64,000 bases of DNA, taken from NCBI GenBank assembly GCA_977016875.1, contig CDRNST010000114.1, positions 682,001 through 746,000 of the forward strand, read 5' to 3'. The notes below the pieces were generated by a model that was not told the origin of the DNA, made no database searches, and saw only the letters and a list, made by a program, of their open reading frames with translations. A program made the position numbers and the translations under genes. Shown here in pieces: positions 24,659-37,966 of the stretch (within the stretch, counting starts at the first letter, position 1; each line of letters begins with the position of its first letter). The DNA is from Pavona decussata (lineage: Eukaryota).

Positions 24659-27600
24659 ATGGGTGTTGCAAGATCGTCAAATGAAGTAGGATCTACCTCA
24701 TCGTCTCACACAAGGCTGACGTTGGGACTCGCCAGTATCGCATCCAAGATCAGGCTCATCCCTGAGGGGGGGTGGGGCTGGGTGATATGCGTCTCTGCGT
24801 TCTTCACTCAGTTAATCGTAATGGGAATTAACAACTCGTTTGGGATTCTTTTCACGACGCTATTGGAGGAGTTCAAAAAATCCAAAGCTGAAACTGGTAA
24901 TATACAATTAATTTAAAAAAAAATTGAAGTACAGTGGAAGCTCTCGTAAGCGGACACCTTCGGGACGCGAAAAAGATGTCCGTAACTGGAGCTGGCCACT
25001 TATGAGAATGTTCTCGTAAGCGGCCACTAGAGGTGTAAGGGATAGATGGCCGCTTACGGGAGCTTTACAAGCTAACAATAAACATTGGGAATTCCAAAAA
25101 AATACCACCGTATTAAATGATTTTTTGTTTGTTTGTTTTATTGCCTAATGCAAGGCCGCGATAATGGCGATAACTGTAATTAAACTCATCGTGAAGAACA
25201 GCGATGTGAGGTTAAAAGATTAAAATACGATTCAGAGACTAATGGGGTTTCCTTTCGGGTGTCCGCTTACGGCAGCTTAAAAACAAAGGAAAAGTCTAAA
25301 TCGTAAACCCTGAAAGTGTCCGCTGCTGCTTACGGGAATGTGTAAATATAGAGTTTGTATGGGAGTTCAAACGGGGTTCTGTGAAGACGATTCAATTAGA
25401 GCTCTCCGCTTACGAGACTGCCCGTTAAGAGAGCTTTCTGTATTAGCCAGATACTTATAGACATCTCAAAGCGATTTTCCCTTGCTCTCGACTAATACAT
25501 TGTTAAACCTCTTCCCCCAGCCTGGGTGGGCTCAGTCAGTGTGGGCGTCATGTATCTGTTTGGACCAATCACAAGCGGGCTGAGTGAAAGGTTCGGCTGC
25601 AGAGTCGTGGCATTCCTTGGAGGTTTCCTGTGCTTTCTGGGAATGCTTCTGACATCATTCGTGACTGACCTGCCAAAGCTCTACGTGACATACGGTGTTC
25701 TTTGGGGGGTAGGGTCGAGCTTTTGCTACTTCCCTACCCTGACCGCCCCCGGAGAGTACTTTTGTAATCGATTATCATTGGTGAATGGGATTGTTACCGC
25801 TGGTAAGTAAAAAATTTGTTTTGTAATAACTCTCATTGGTAGCATTTTTAAAGTGTATATGACAGATTTTTTTTATTTGTTTGATCAAATCTTCATGCTG
25901 TCCTCCCATGAAAATGGAACAAATTTTCTTTATACTAATACAGAATTATCGAGGACTAGAATTCTTACATGATAAGTAGTATTTGTGCCAAAATAGAGCT
26001 TATTTTTTGGACACAATTCCGATTCCAAGGAAAGGCAAAAAGTCACTTACGATATTTTTTGCAAATAAACCTTTACGACTGCTGCAAATTTAAGAATTAA
26101 TTTCTGTTCGTATTTCATCCGCTTTAGTGCGTGATGCAATCTTATCTCCTATGTAATCTAGTCCTCTAAAGAGGGCATATAATCTAAGTTCACCAAACTA
26201 CTGAACCCTGCAAACTTGTTTATTCCAAAACATATATGTACGCTATGCTTGCCTATGTTCTTCTTCAGGTAGTGGAATTGGCACATTGACATTCGGCCCA
26301 GTCCTCCAACACATTCTTCATCGTTACGGCCTGGCTACCTCACTGCGCATACTCAGTGGTGTATCCGTCCTGCTGATGCTGACAGCTTTGACGTACAAGC
26401 CGTTACGTTCGCCACTCGAAGAACTCTTTGAAGTGAGGAGGCATCAAGCGTCGTTTTTTGACGTGACAATTTGGCGGAACAAAGCCTTCTGCGTGTACAC
26501 AGCAGCTGTGTCTCTTTTTATGCTCGGATATTTCATTCCTTATGTTCATTTGGTAGGCGTCCTTTTATTTATTTATTTTATTTTTCAAGCCTAGTCATCT
26601 CCGCACTTCACAAAAATGTCTTTGCCTCTCACATTTTGCAACCAGTCAATTGTCAAAAATCCATACCCGTTTTCAGACATAAGACCATCCGGAATAGTAC
26701 CACGTCCATTTGGTAGACAACTGACTCGCGTTGGTTGTTCTACTTTTTGCTGTGCTTCACCGTGCTGACGAGAGCCAACCAGTTCGAAACAGCTGTCCAC
26801 GGTTGCATTTTTTGATTCTTGGTTTGGTCTCTATCATGTCGCTGTCGTGTTGAGTTTTCCAAGCAGTCAGATCAGCCTTGCAGTTATTTGAGCTACTTAA
26901 AATCTACACCCATTTTCAGATCAAAGAGGTTCAAAAGTTTTACCTTTAAGCTTACATAACGGAGCAACCCCCGGGACTTAGTTTTTGTCAAGGCTTTGAC
27001 ATAGTAAAATAAGCAAGGGACCGCACAACGAAAATGCTGCAAGTATACGTAGGATTTGTAAAAGATCTAATCAAAACAGAACAACTATAGTACTACTTAA
27101 TTAAGGTGCCTTTCGCGCGCATCAGAGTCAAAGATCTCAAGTCTCGTGTTGCAGAAGGAACACAATAAAACTGTAGAAACACACAGCAGTTTAGCATATA
27201 TTGAAACAAGTACCGGTTTGGTCAAAGTCTCTACTCCAAGAGTAGGCTGCCATTACAAAACTGGAAATTTGAAGGCATATGTCGATGGTTCAAGATCCCT
27301 CTATCCGTAATGCTGTTTCCTTAGACCAGCTCTTTAAATCCTCATTGCCTATCTCCACCTCCACTGGGAAGATGTGTGAAAAACTTAACGGGAAAGACCT
27401 TCGATGGAAAAGTACCTCCTCACCCAGGGGGATCGAAGGAGTAAAGTTCCCTGACTTTTTAGGCGAAGGAAAGCCCTGGATAGCGTTATCCAGTGAAGAA
27501 AAATAGGGAGCCTAAGCAACGACGACGGCAACGTCAACGAAAACGACACCTGAAAATATATCTTTATTTCATTTGCGCTACTCTGCGATTATTTCAACTC

Positions 27601-30470
27601 GCTCAACTTTTACAAAAATGGCGAACCATCCAGGAACCAAATGATAGGAGTGGCGTACAATTTCAGAAAGAAAATGAAAAATTCACCGTCGTGCGTTCAC
27701 GTGCTCCACAAAACCCTAAATGTGGTCATTTCACGTTGTTGTTTTGCAGAGGACGGCAAAGAAATGTACCAAAATGTAAAACGCACCTGCAGAGCGATTG
27801 TTTTTGCTCATTAAACCTATCAGTGTTTTTTGCGGCGTTGTCGTTGCCGTTGCCGTCGTCGTTGCTTAAGCTCCCTAATGTATTTGATGACCGGAGAACA
27901 GTTTATCCTCTGGATGGCAATTTAATCCTAAATAAAGTTACCCGGGATCTGGTTCATTCAGTCCGCTCGTTGCATTGGCAAGATCATTGCCTTTTAACTT
28001 TAGCAGTTACTCTAGATAGTTTACGATAATTTCCCAACTAAAAACTAAAGTAAAGATTGTAACATTAGCCCATAATTTGGTTTTACAAATAGGTTAGCCA
28101 CGTGGAAGGTCTTGGTATTTCGCCTTCTAAAGCAGCCTTGTTGATTGGTTTCATGTCCATTGCTTCAACAATCAGTCGGTTCGTCTTCGGCAAGTTTTCG
28201 GATCACCCGAGGGTGAATCGATTGTTCATGACACAGATAGCGATCACGGGCTTCGGGGTGACAACGACACTTTGTCCCTTGGCGAAAAGTTACGCATCTC
28301 TGATTACAGTGGTGGTGTTTCTGGGCTTGTTTGATGGACTGTATGTCGTGCTTATTGCTGTGTTAAATACGGACATCGTAGGAGTACACAAGCTATCCGC
28401 TGCGCTTGGTAACCTGTACGGCGTCATATCCCTTACTCTCACACTGGGACCACCCTTTGCAGGTATGAAATAATAAAGATTTTGCGTGTTTTCCAACCTA
28501 CCAGCTGCAGCAAACTGGAAGTAAAACAAATGAAATACATGTATTTGAACTGCGGATGAAAGAATGGATAAATGAGACAATCGCAGTTACGAAAGAAATT
28601 CCGGCTTGAACGCGATTCGAACCCATGACCTCTGTGATGCCGGTGCAGTGTCCTACCAACTGAGCTATCAAGCCAGCTGGGAGCTGGTCGTTTTCTGAAT
28701 TTGTAATTAAAACACCCGTAGAGGTGTGAAGATGAAAGTCGGAAATATATGCATTTGGACTATGGATAAGTAAGTGAATGATCATCGCAGTTATGTACGC
28801 AATTTTTACAGGTTTCGTTCATCACAAGGAAAGTTAGCCACGCCACTGCAAACTTGGGAAGGGGGTAAACATTTTGAAGCGAAAAAATCCTTAAAGAATT
28901 TCGATTTAAATACACAAGACGTTTCACAACAGCATAGCAGTCGGAAGTCACTTAGCTTAGATTCGTGCAAACGGTAGGCTGGAAAAAATAAATTATCGTC
29001 CCTTAAGTGTCATATGAATATAAAAACTATAACGTTTCCCCAATCACGTGGGAAGGAATATAACATGTGGAAAAATGAGAGAAGATGTCTTCTCTGTTGG
29101 AACAAGCGCTTCCTTGCTAATTAATGACAAATCACTGAGAACAATATCAAAATATTTAAATAGCAATATCGCAAAAATTCTACATTGCAATACAGCTAAT
29201 CATATGCTATGGCTTATAATGAAGGAATCCTTAACTCGATCTGTCCTACATGTAGGAGTATCAAAAAGTCTCTTATCCCTTAAGTGTCTCTGATGAACTG
29301 ACTTTGGTGGTAAAAGACTACCAAGCTTATGATCTTTGTTATCTATATGATGTCATTAAATACATTATTAAATATTGTATAACACTTGCCTGATTCGTCC
29401 GCTCTCTTCTCATTTCAGGACTGATTTTCGACATGCTTCATTCTTACCATACAGCATTCTACATTTGTGGAGCCACAACAACATTATCGGCCTGCCTCAT
29501 GTTCCTCATACCCTGGCTCGTGCCCAATCAACAAGGCGGTATTTTCCGCCGTGATTCCGCCCAGAGCCGCTTGGAAAGCCTCTTGAGTTCTCGTTCCTCG
29601 ACACCGCGGATTTCACAGAGGTCGCGGAGGTTTTTTGCCGACAGTTCGTTCAAGAGTGGTAGCAGCAGCGGGTCAAGAGGCAGCGAGGAAGACAGGGCGG
29701 GTGACAGCAGTCTTTGTGAAGCAGACAGGATGGAGTTGGATTATTTGAATTCTTTTATCCCGGGTAAAGAGGGACATGAGACTGAAGACGGAGAGAAGAC
29801 TCCCTTATCAAAATCGAATAGCCTCTCAATGGATACGTCCCTAAACACCGTTTTTAATTCCACAATGTCCCACCGTGGATCCATCACAAAGTTTCTCCTG
29901 CAGCAGCAACTTCAGTCTCAAAACAGCAGATCTTCCTCGCCGCTGTCAGATTCCTGCCGCGTATTAGGCCATAGTGGGAGCCATTCCCGTGGGGATTCAT
30001 CAAGGAGCTCCATGAGCAGTTATTTTGGGAGCTCTAGAAGAACGTCATTTTCCAGCCCTTCTAAATCCAAGGACTCCAGGGGAGGCTCCAATAGTATTCT
30101 TGGGGAAGACCTTTCCGAATCGAACAGTCAGGAGACATCTGATTTAAACTCCTCTGAGGTCGAACCCGAAGAGGAGGAATCCTCAACGGAGCAACTGCCT
30201 GAAGTGGAATCGCGGAGAGACTCTGGGGAGAGCACGGTCGTTGGATCATGCTTTGAGTCTGGGCAGAGCACGGTGGTTGGGTCTCATTACAGCAGCTGCG
30301 TCATCAGAGTAGCAGGAAGTCGTAAGATAAGCCAAGTTAGTAACACTGCGCACTGCAAAACAGTGAAAGATACTGACATGCTTCATGTGCTCGCTGCTCG
30401 ACTTCTCCAAGCCGCCGGCGAAAGGGATGTTGGGACGGATGACAAAGGATTTAAAGAGTCTGTAGTGTAA
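24659..30470 (+). CDS. Monocarboxylate transporter family (SLC16, MFS) protein, MCT10-like, 5 coding exons
   Basis: Exons 24659-24896, 25521-25802, 26269-26552, 28093-28462 and 29419-30470, all GT-AG with compatible phases (1,1,0,1). SLC16 signatures PEGGWGW, AWVGS, GLSERFGCR, YF..RLSLVNGIVTAGSG, GYFIPYVHL and LGPPFAG. Acceptor TTTCAG| at 24656/57 implies an upstream non-coding exon. Confidence 0.93.
24932..25440. mobile_element. Tc1/mariner-type MITE in SLC16 intron 1
   Basis: TA-CAGTGGAAGCTCTCGTAAGCGG ... CCGTTAAGAGAGCTTTCTG-TA with internal CCGCTTACG repeats. Confidence 0.75.
27504..27877. mobile_element. MITE in SLC16 intron 3
   Basis: TIR TAGGGAGCCTAAGCAACGACGACGGCAACG / CGTTGCCGTCGTCGTTGCTTAAGCTCCCTA. 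Confidence 0.88.
28525..28810 (-). mobile_element. tRNA-derived repeat with partial terminal direct repeat, in SLC16 intron 4
   Basis: Minus strand GGCTTGATAGCTCAGTTGGTAG...GGTTCGAATCGCGTTCAAGCC (A and B boxes), flanked by related segments ending ATCGCAGTTA at ~28590 and ~28793. Confidence 0.7.
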
Positions 30471-31133
30471 CTGAAATAACTGCAAGGCTGACACTGTGTA
30501 GAAAACTTAACTTGATAGACACCAAACCGAGAGTCAAACATGCAACCGTGGACAGCTGATTCGAGCTAGTTGGCTCCCGTCAGCACAGTGCAGCAGCAAG
30601 AAGAAGAATGTTTTGTAGTGAAGAAAAAAATGCGAAGCGAACTGAAAACAAAGTTTCATGGCTCTGTTAATCCTGTTACAGCACGAATTGAAAAAACGGT
30701 GAATGCTTTGATTAACTTTGACCGGCCACTGAATAACAGCCGAAACCACAGGAACAAATACTGGGCTATTCGGACGGATTTATTTGTAATTAACTTATCC
30801 TCTATTTTCTTTACATTCTCTTTCAAAGTTTAATGACTGCGTTCAACGTTTTCGCGTTCGCATTGCAATCAGCAAAGCAAAAGAATAATTTTGCTCAAAG
30901 GGGTCGTAACTGTCGGCTGCGAGAGTCTTGTGCTTCAAAAGTCGACCCTCTTCGGTAGGAGTATTGTGTTTTCTTTCAGTATTGTGCAATTTAGAGTCTC
31001 AACGGGGCTGTTTTGACGTTTTTGGTATTGTGCAACTAATTTAGGTTTGTTTTCCATGTTACCATGCCCTCGCCATTAGCGTAGCCGCTCCACTGTTCAG
31101 TGTATAAACCGCGTACAACCCAAAATTGCTTGG

Positions 31134-31224
31134 TTCGCTCAGGCGAAGGGCTAACGCTCGAAACGTCAGCATTCGAATCTCTTAACAGTGGCCAAATTGC
31201 CTTATTAGCTCAGTTGATAAAACC
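31134..31224 (+). repeat. Penelope/retrozyme-type repeat fragment with degenerate minimal hammerhead ribozyme
   Basis: CTCAGGCGAAGGGCTAACGCTCGAAACGTCAGC: stem II GGGC/GCTC and GAAA-CG-TC are intact, but the CTGANGA box reads CAGGCGA. Confidence 0.6.
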
Positions 31225-33938
31225 ACAGATTGGCACAATGAATGGTATTTATTGCGGCTTTATAAACACAACTCGCTAGACAGCGTTACAACCAAAGATT
31301 ATCCGTACCCAGTCTTTTTCCCAATCTATTGGCTGAGCGGTTCCCAGTTCAAGGCTACCACAATTTTACCTGATAACGTCAAGACGCGCTTTGAATTCTG
31401 GCAGGGGCAAGTGACCAAGGAACGCCATGGCTCCAATCGGCTTAAGATCTTCCATATTTCTAGATAGGGGGAGGGGGGAGGGAAGAGGGAGTTTATATTT
31501 CATAAAGCAACTCTTATTATGGAGAATGTACGGTCTTATTATGGGAAATGTACGTCATAGAAGAGTTGAAGTAAAAATTCAATGTGCAAATTAAAAAACC
31601 GTGTTACAATTCGTCAAACGAAAATAACGATAGCGAGTTAGAGCTCTCTGAAAATTGAAATGATAAAAAATAATGTATTCAGCTCTTTGATATGTGAGAC
31701 TCAAGCTAAATTCTCGTAAGTGGGATGTTCTGCTGTGGAAAGACTTAGATTAAAGTTTCAGGAAAGCTCGACATCACAGGTCCTGTTTAGCTCGAACTTC
31801 ACTTGAGTACATAGCTGTCTAAAACCCCAAGTGGAATTAATTAACTATTTATTTATTTATTTATTTATTATTTATTTATATGCAATATGTATGCTATCAG
31901 AGAAGATTTTAGCTATTATTGAGATAGGAGATATAGGAAATAACATTTATCGCTTGTTAAATGGGGAGCTTCAACACGTTACAAACTTATATCCCTCAAT
32001 TAAAATCTTAATTTTGAATCTTAAATAAATAGGCTAGGTCTGGAACTAGTAACACTCGAGGCTAGCGTCCAGCGCTAACCATTAGACCAATGGAAGTCGT
32101 ACACGTGGCCACTAGTTAGGCGCGTTTGACTTCTGAGAGGTCTGGAACCGATAAATCGTCGAAAATCGTTCAGAAAATCTATAGAGTACTAAAGTGTGAC
32201 GTCATAAACATTTGAACTTTGAAATTATGGGATTTATTAAGATGTTCGCAAAGATCATGATGAAAATGCCTAGTTGCCAAAAATCAGCATCTTATTGCAA
32301 TTTGGGAGTGAGATATTGAGACAACATAGAGCATTTGTGATTCGGTATTAAATACGTTTTTCTTTTAATTAATCAGTGATCAGATTTACTGAACTGAATA
32401 TTTGTAGTAAGAACAACGAAAACAAAATAAAAATGTTCCGAGATTAAAACTAGAGACAATTGTTACCAAGAGAGGTCATCCTCTCTAGTTGTTACTCTAT
32501 AAATGCCGAGAAGAACCTGATTCTGTTGTTGAATTCTGAATCCGTTTAACTTGAGTTAATTTTGAAGGAGCCAAAATCTGTTCCGTTCTGGTAAAGGCAG
32601 CAACCAGAAAAAAAAAACCTTGTTCTGAATTTCAACACGAAATCTGCTCGTTATTTGAGTACCATAAGATATAGACAAGTTGTGACTGATAAAGATAAAA
32701 TTCATTTAATTTTTATTACTCCATTTTCAATTTGATTTGATTTTGACACAACTGAGTAGAAATAGACATGTACACAGTCCAACAGAAACTACTGAGTATG
32801 GTATTGAAATCTCCCTAACAATTCTTTTTCATATATTTGGTCTGCCCTGTCTCTGCTCGCGAAAAACATTTCCAGACTCGCTGTTGCTGATGAGCTCTCG
32901 GACAAGGCAATATTGTCGGATAATTGGAAGCTGTCCGCAATTACGCCAATTGCTGTTTTCTATTTTTCTCAGCAAGGAACAAATCTTCGGTGGTTAAAAG
33001 TTCGAAGTCATTTTAATAATCAACGTTATGTGAAATAGCAAATGAATCACAAAACAACAGCCTGTAATTTTAATTTTATACATCAGACGAAAGCAAATTA
33101 CAAAATGTCGCCACAAAACTAGTGAAGCAGCCAGTCAAAATAACGCAAGAAGGATATTTTTGCTCGAAATCATCGTTTTCGTAATCTGGGAACATATTAA
33201 GATTTTTCGCCCAGTGTTAAAAACTTTTCACTTTTGTTAATTAAGTGAGAAAGGACGCCTCCAGACCACAAGATAGAATTCCCAAAAAATTAAAAGAAAT
33301 TAATTTTAGGTTTTATCTCGTTCCTAAATGTTCGTCTAAATTCATACAATATGAATATTTCAATTGCAGTGGCACACGTTACGCGAAATCACTGAATTTT
33401 TCCCTGTCTTTGTGATTTCGTAACAGTTAGTGATTTTCAATTCGCGATAGGGGGCTGTAGAAGATTTATTTAGAATGCATAATTTAATATTGTAGTTTCG
33501 ACTTCTTCCAATCTCACCGCGGAAAAATACTCTGGGAATATTGGACAATTGTCAATTTTTTTGTTTCTTAATCAGTCGCATAAATTGTCGTTCAAGTATC
33601 TCTTCAGTATAATGTAGCGAATGTGATGATTTGAAGCCAATAACTGTTGTTCTGCTTGAAAAGATTGTTAGAAAACCGGAGCAAAACATCTGGCCGTTGC
33701 AAATAAATGTCCTTTCGCAAGTTAATTATTTATTGTATTCAACAAATAGAAAGTCAGATTGACTTACAAAAGGAGTCATAACTTGAGGGAACTCTTTTGT
33801 TACGGATAATTGTCAGTTCACGATAACAACATTGGAACACACTGGCTCGATGCTATCATAATCCGTTTCAACGTATCCCTTTCAAAAAGCCTTTGGTTTC
33901 AAGAATTTGGCTGTAAATTGCCCTATCGCAGTCTATAT

Positions 33939-35306
33939 ATGACTTCAACTGCAATGAACTTCACAAATAGTGCTTTCGAACATTGCAAATCAGAAAACGG
34001 ACGGAACTCTGTGCATCGACAAAAAATTCAAATTAATGTTCGCGGAGAGATGTTTGAAACTTACGAGCACACTTTGTCACGTTTTCCAAGAACTCTGCTC
34101 GGATCGCAAACGAAACGGACCCGCTTCTACAATCCTTCACGGCAAGAATATTATTTCGATAGGGACAAAGCAGTTTTCAACTCTATTTTGTTTTATTATC
34201 AGTCCAACGGCATTCTTTCCAAGCCTGAAACGGTTTCTTACGAGATGTTCTCGTCCGAGTTGAAGTTCTTCCAACTGGATGGGAACTACGAAGATAGTGA
34301 TGATGAAATAGATCAAGAGCTCGCCGAAACGCAACGAAGTGTTAACCAAAGTTTGCCCTGTTTGCGAAATTTCGACAGGATTCGGAGAAATTTGTGGATT
34401 TTTTTTGAACAGCCTGTGACACCAGCCGAAAGAACGTATAAAAAGTTCTCTTTAATACTAACTGTTTTATCGTTGGTATGCTTGTGCCTAGAGACTTTGC
34501 CAAGTGTCCAACGGAATCAGCATCACTTTCAGCGAGGAAACTCAACTTCGCAAGAAATAACCGTCGATTACGATATCGTTTGGTCGGCAGTCGAGGTTGT
34601 ATTTACAATATGGTTCACCGTGGAGTTTGTACTGCGATTTTTATGCGCGCCGCAGATAACGAAATTCATATTTTCTTTCAGCACTTTTGTTGACATCACA
34701 GCGTTATCCCCCCTGTATGTTACAGTCATCGCCGAGAACGTAACACAAGAGAATGTTGATAGTGTGGTGCCGTTTCCACTGTTGAAAATTATTCGCTTGG
34801 TGAGATTGCTTAAGCTAAAGCGTTATAGCGTCAGCATTCGACTACTTTTTGAAACAATAGTCGATAGCGGAGAACATATGAGGCTCTTTGCGCTTTGCAT
34901 CGTATTCAACACAATTCTTCTCTCAAGCTTCGTGTATTTTTCCGAGGGTGAAGGCGAAAGCTTTCAGTTCACCAGCATACCATCGACGTTTTGGTTCACT
35001 GTAATCACGCTTTCAAGCGTCGGCTACGGAGATTTCGTGCCCACGTCCGCTGCGGGAAAGCTGGTGGGCTCGTTTTGCTGTGTAGGCGGCACTGTTGCAA
35101 TGTTTTGTTTCACGCCCGTGCTGTTCACGGAATTTCGCAAATCTTGGCAGCGTTATTACGCTGAGATGCTAGAGATTAAGGCTCAGAGAGGAGAGGATGC
35201 ACGAGAAGATGACCAAGTCCATTATAGAAGTCAAACTGTACGCTTGCGGTGTCAAGATGAGGTCTCGCAAGCTCTTCTTGAAAGTAGGAATGTCGCGCAC
35301 GGTTAA
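33939..35306 (+). CDS. Intronless voltage-gated K+ channel, Shaker/Kv1 family, probable regulatory (silent) subunit
   Basis: T1 domain (INVRGEMFET..TLSRFPRTLLG..EYYFDR..FNSILFYYQSNGIL), S1-S6, pore FTSIPSTFWFTVITLSSVGYGD. First in-frame ATG at 33939; the ORF-track start at 33810 is TTG. Confidence 0.93.
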   Translation: MTSTAMNFTNSAFEHCKSENGRNSVHRQKIQINVRGEMFETYEHTLSRFPRTLLGSQTKRTRFYNPSRQEYYFDRDKAVFNSILFYYQSNGILSKPETVSYEMFSSELKFFQLDGNYEDSDDEIDQELAETQRSVNQSLPCLRNFDRIRRNLWIFFEQPVTPAERTYKKFSLILTVLSLVCLCLETLPSVQRNQHHFQRGNSTSQEITVDYDIVWSAVEVVFTIWFTVEFVLRFLCAPQITKFIFSFSTFVDITALSPLYVTVIAENVTQENVDSVVPFPLLKIIRLVRLLKLKRYSVSIRLLFETIVDSGEHMRLFALCIVFNTILLSSFVYFSEGEGESFQFTSIPSTFWFTVITLSSVGYGDFVPTSAAGKLVGSFCCVGGTVAMFCFTPVLFTEFRKSWQRYYAEMLEIKAQRGEDAREDDQVHYRSQTVRLRCQDEVSQALLESRNVAHG

Positions 35307-35839
35307 TGGACCGAGTTGAGGCCAAATCAACGATGATAAGCTGTTTTGTAAATCGTGGTAGAATATTGACAAGGAAATGTAACCCTATTAGGGTACTTCA
35401 GTTTCATTTGAATGGTTACAATTTAGGATTATATCAACAAACTTTACTCTAAATCTAGACCCACCTTTTACAGCATAACGAGCAAACGAACAGTAACCAA
35501 AAAAGGTACTGGTCAGTATTTAGTCCGTCAGGCTTGAAAGAAGAACTACGTTGTTTGGAATAATGAATGATCATTGATAATTGTGCATAGAAGAGTGAAG
35601 TTGGCTCAGGACAGATTGACCTGGCGTAATCATATGTGCCACACAGGCATAAAGAGGACCTAGAGTGCATGGTCTGTCAGAAAATACAAGAAGGGCCTTA
35701 AAGGAAGGGCCAATCTCATGCCCATAGGCTGCGTTCCTTTGGGTCAACACCAAGGAAGCGAGCTCTGGGGATGAGATTGAGGAAGAGCCTGCTCAACACA
35801 GGCACACTCAACAAGAACACCGTTTAAAATGTGAAATAC

Positions 35840-36212
35840 TTAATGTTGTCTCCTGTGTTTCCAGGTCGTTTAGTGGCCTTTAAAAGGCGTACATGTGTAG
35901 AAGCTAATCCAGTTTGATCTGCTTGGATCCATGCTTAAGCTGAAATCTAAGTTACAGAAAGTTTTATCGAATGTCATCTTATTCCACAAATTTACGAGCT
36001 GTTGTCGTTTTACGAAAATGCTAGCTGACCTTTTTTCGAAATTTTAACGACATATTTGCACCTCCAAAAACGAAAGGGACTAGTTTTCCACTGTAACGAA
36101 ATTTTGAGCTGTGATTTTCCCTAAGAAACTACATTTTTCTTGTAAAACGAAATCCATAATTCTGAGGCGATCAAGGCCTTAATTCGACCGAAATGAACCG
36201 TGGGTACCCTGT
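35840..36212. repeat. Dispersed repeat (probable DNA transposon fragment), copy 3
   Basis: Colinear with 2770-3125. Confidence 0.7.
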
Positions 36213-37579
36213 GAATGGCTGTTCTTCCACAGATAGTAAGAGCCACTCTGTGTACGATCCGATAACTATTAACTAATACCGGAAGAAAGTTCTTCTTAAT
36301 TTTTTGTCATCATTTAAATGGACACACTTAAGATTTCGTATCCACAAACTCAAAACTTAGAAGAACTTTGTACAGCATGTTAAACAGCATTATAGGAAAG
36401 TAATGCTTTGTAGCTTTCTTTTGGTGGTTACTCTTTACGATTTCTTCCACTCCGGGACGGAACTCAGACTCTGAAAAACACACTAAGTTGTATCAAAGTT
36501 TTTGGTCTTGCGGCGCGAGCAGAGAAAGATCAATTTGATTACAATAAAAATCAGTCTTTAATGTATTTTAGAATCTCATCTTCCTGTTTTTTTCTCGAAG
36601 TTAGTCTGTCATAAGAAATTGAGTCCACTTTGTAGTAATAGTTTGGTTGTCAGTAGCTGCGCTTGATTTTAATAAGCCTAATTTCTAATGCGTTATTCAT
36701 GTTATCGTCATCATGAACTGCTACCATGTTGAAATCAAAAAAGACTGGCTTATGGATTATCTCAATGTTTTTCTCGAGTATTTTGCAAAACATCAGATAA
36801 ATTGATTTTAGCCAACGTTTCCTCCGCAATGCATGACCGTCCCTTTGCGTTTTTGAACCTGGTAATATTTTTAATATTTTCTGTGGCCCGAAATTTCGTA
36901 ACTAGCCCTAAATTTACTTTATTTTTATTACATTTTTCCTTCGGTAGTATCACAATTGTCTACATTATCTTCTTAAAAAAATAATCTACTCTTTATTGGC
37001 AAGAAATCGGTAATCAAGTTTCCAAATTGCAATTGTTGTACGACTACGCACTGGCTTTTGCAACACCGGTTCATTCATTGTGATCAGACTACTGCAGTCC
37101 CTTGCTGTCTTATTACCACCTTTTTAGGTTTCTTCCGCAAAGATTACAAAAGACCATGCCAAAATAGGGTGGATTTACGAGAGTACACAGGAACAATTTC
37201 CAGCGAAAACAAGAAAACATGTTGTAAAAGATAATACACGCCCAGCACGGGGTTCACCCTATGAAACCTAACCCACCATGCAGATAATCAAACTTATTGC
37301 ATGCCCTGATCGAGATAATAAAAATTATCTCATGGAAATAATTGAATTAATTCATGAATTAGAGTCCTTCCACGGCCGAAACCAATTATTTTCTTGTCTA
37401 CCTCCCAGTTTGGGTTTTTCTGTATTTGTTTTGAAAATTTTATTATTAAAAAATAATAAGTTAGAGTGGTATGCAAGATATCTCCCTCTGTGTCAGATCT
37501 CTGCTAATTTCAGTAAAGATAACTAGCAATGATAGAAATACAGAAGATCGAAAATTTCGGGAGTGGAATGGCATTCAAA

Positions 37580-37966
37580 CAGGGGCACCCGACGGATTGT
37601 TTCGGTAAATTATCTGTTCGGAAGGCCCTTAATCCCCTACAATTTTCTCGAGGGAATTTTCACCTCGAACTTTCGTGATATAGGAAATTTAAGGCCTAGT
37701 GTTTTCGGATTGGTAAAAATGTTGTTTCGGGTACCGAGAAAAGGTCAGCTAAGATTTTCGGAAAGGAAATAAGAACTAAGGTTTTCGGGAAAGGGACAAA
37801 GATGCCCTACTAATTTCGAAAAGATTCAAGTTCCCCTAGAATGACCGAACAGATAAAAATATTATAGCGCGGCCTGAAATGAACCTACAGAGCTTTAAAG
37901 GCTCTCCAGATAGCTTAAAATAGCGTTTCAATGGATCTGAAAGAAAACTGTCGTTGGGTGTCCCTG
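37580..37966. mobile_element. Non-autonomous TIR element
   Basis: TIR CAGGGGCACCCGACG / CGTTGGGTGTCCCTG; TTCAAA direct repeat on both flanks. Confidence 0.75.

Noticed and set aside
27493-28029. 178-aa ORF
   Set aside because: Lies across a MITE within an SLC16 intron; no domain.
28600-28680. Functional tRNA gene
   Set aside because: Mismatched arms and repeat context indicate a tRNA-derived element; the same applies at 1705, 2681 and 45400-45740.
29290-29330. CTGATGA as a hammerhead core (also at ~32887)
   Set aside because: No stem II followed by GAAA and no NUH site.
33810-33938. 43-aa N-terminal extension of the Kv ORF
   Set aside because: Begins at TTG; the first ATG at 33939 gives a normal pre-T1 length.
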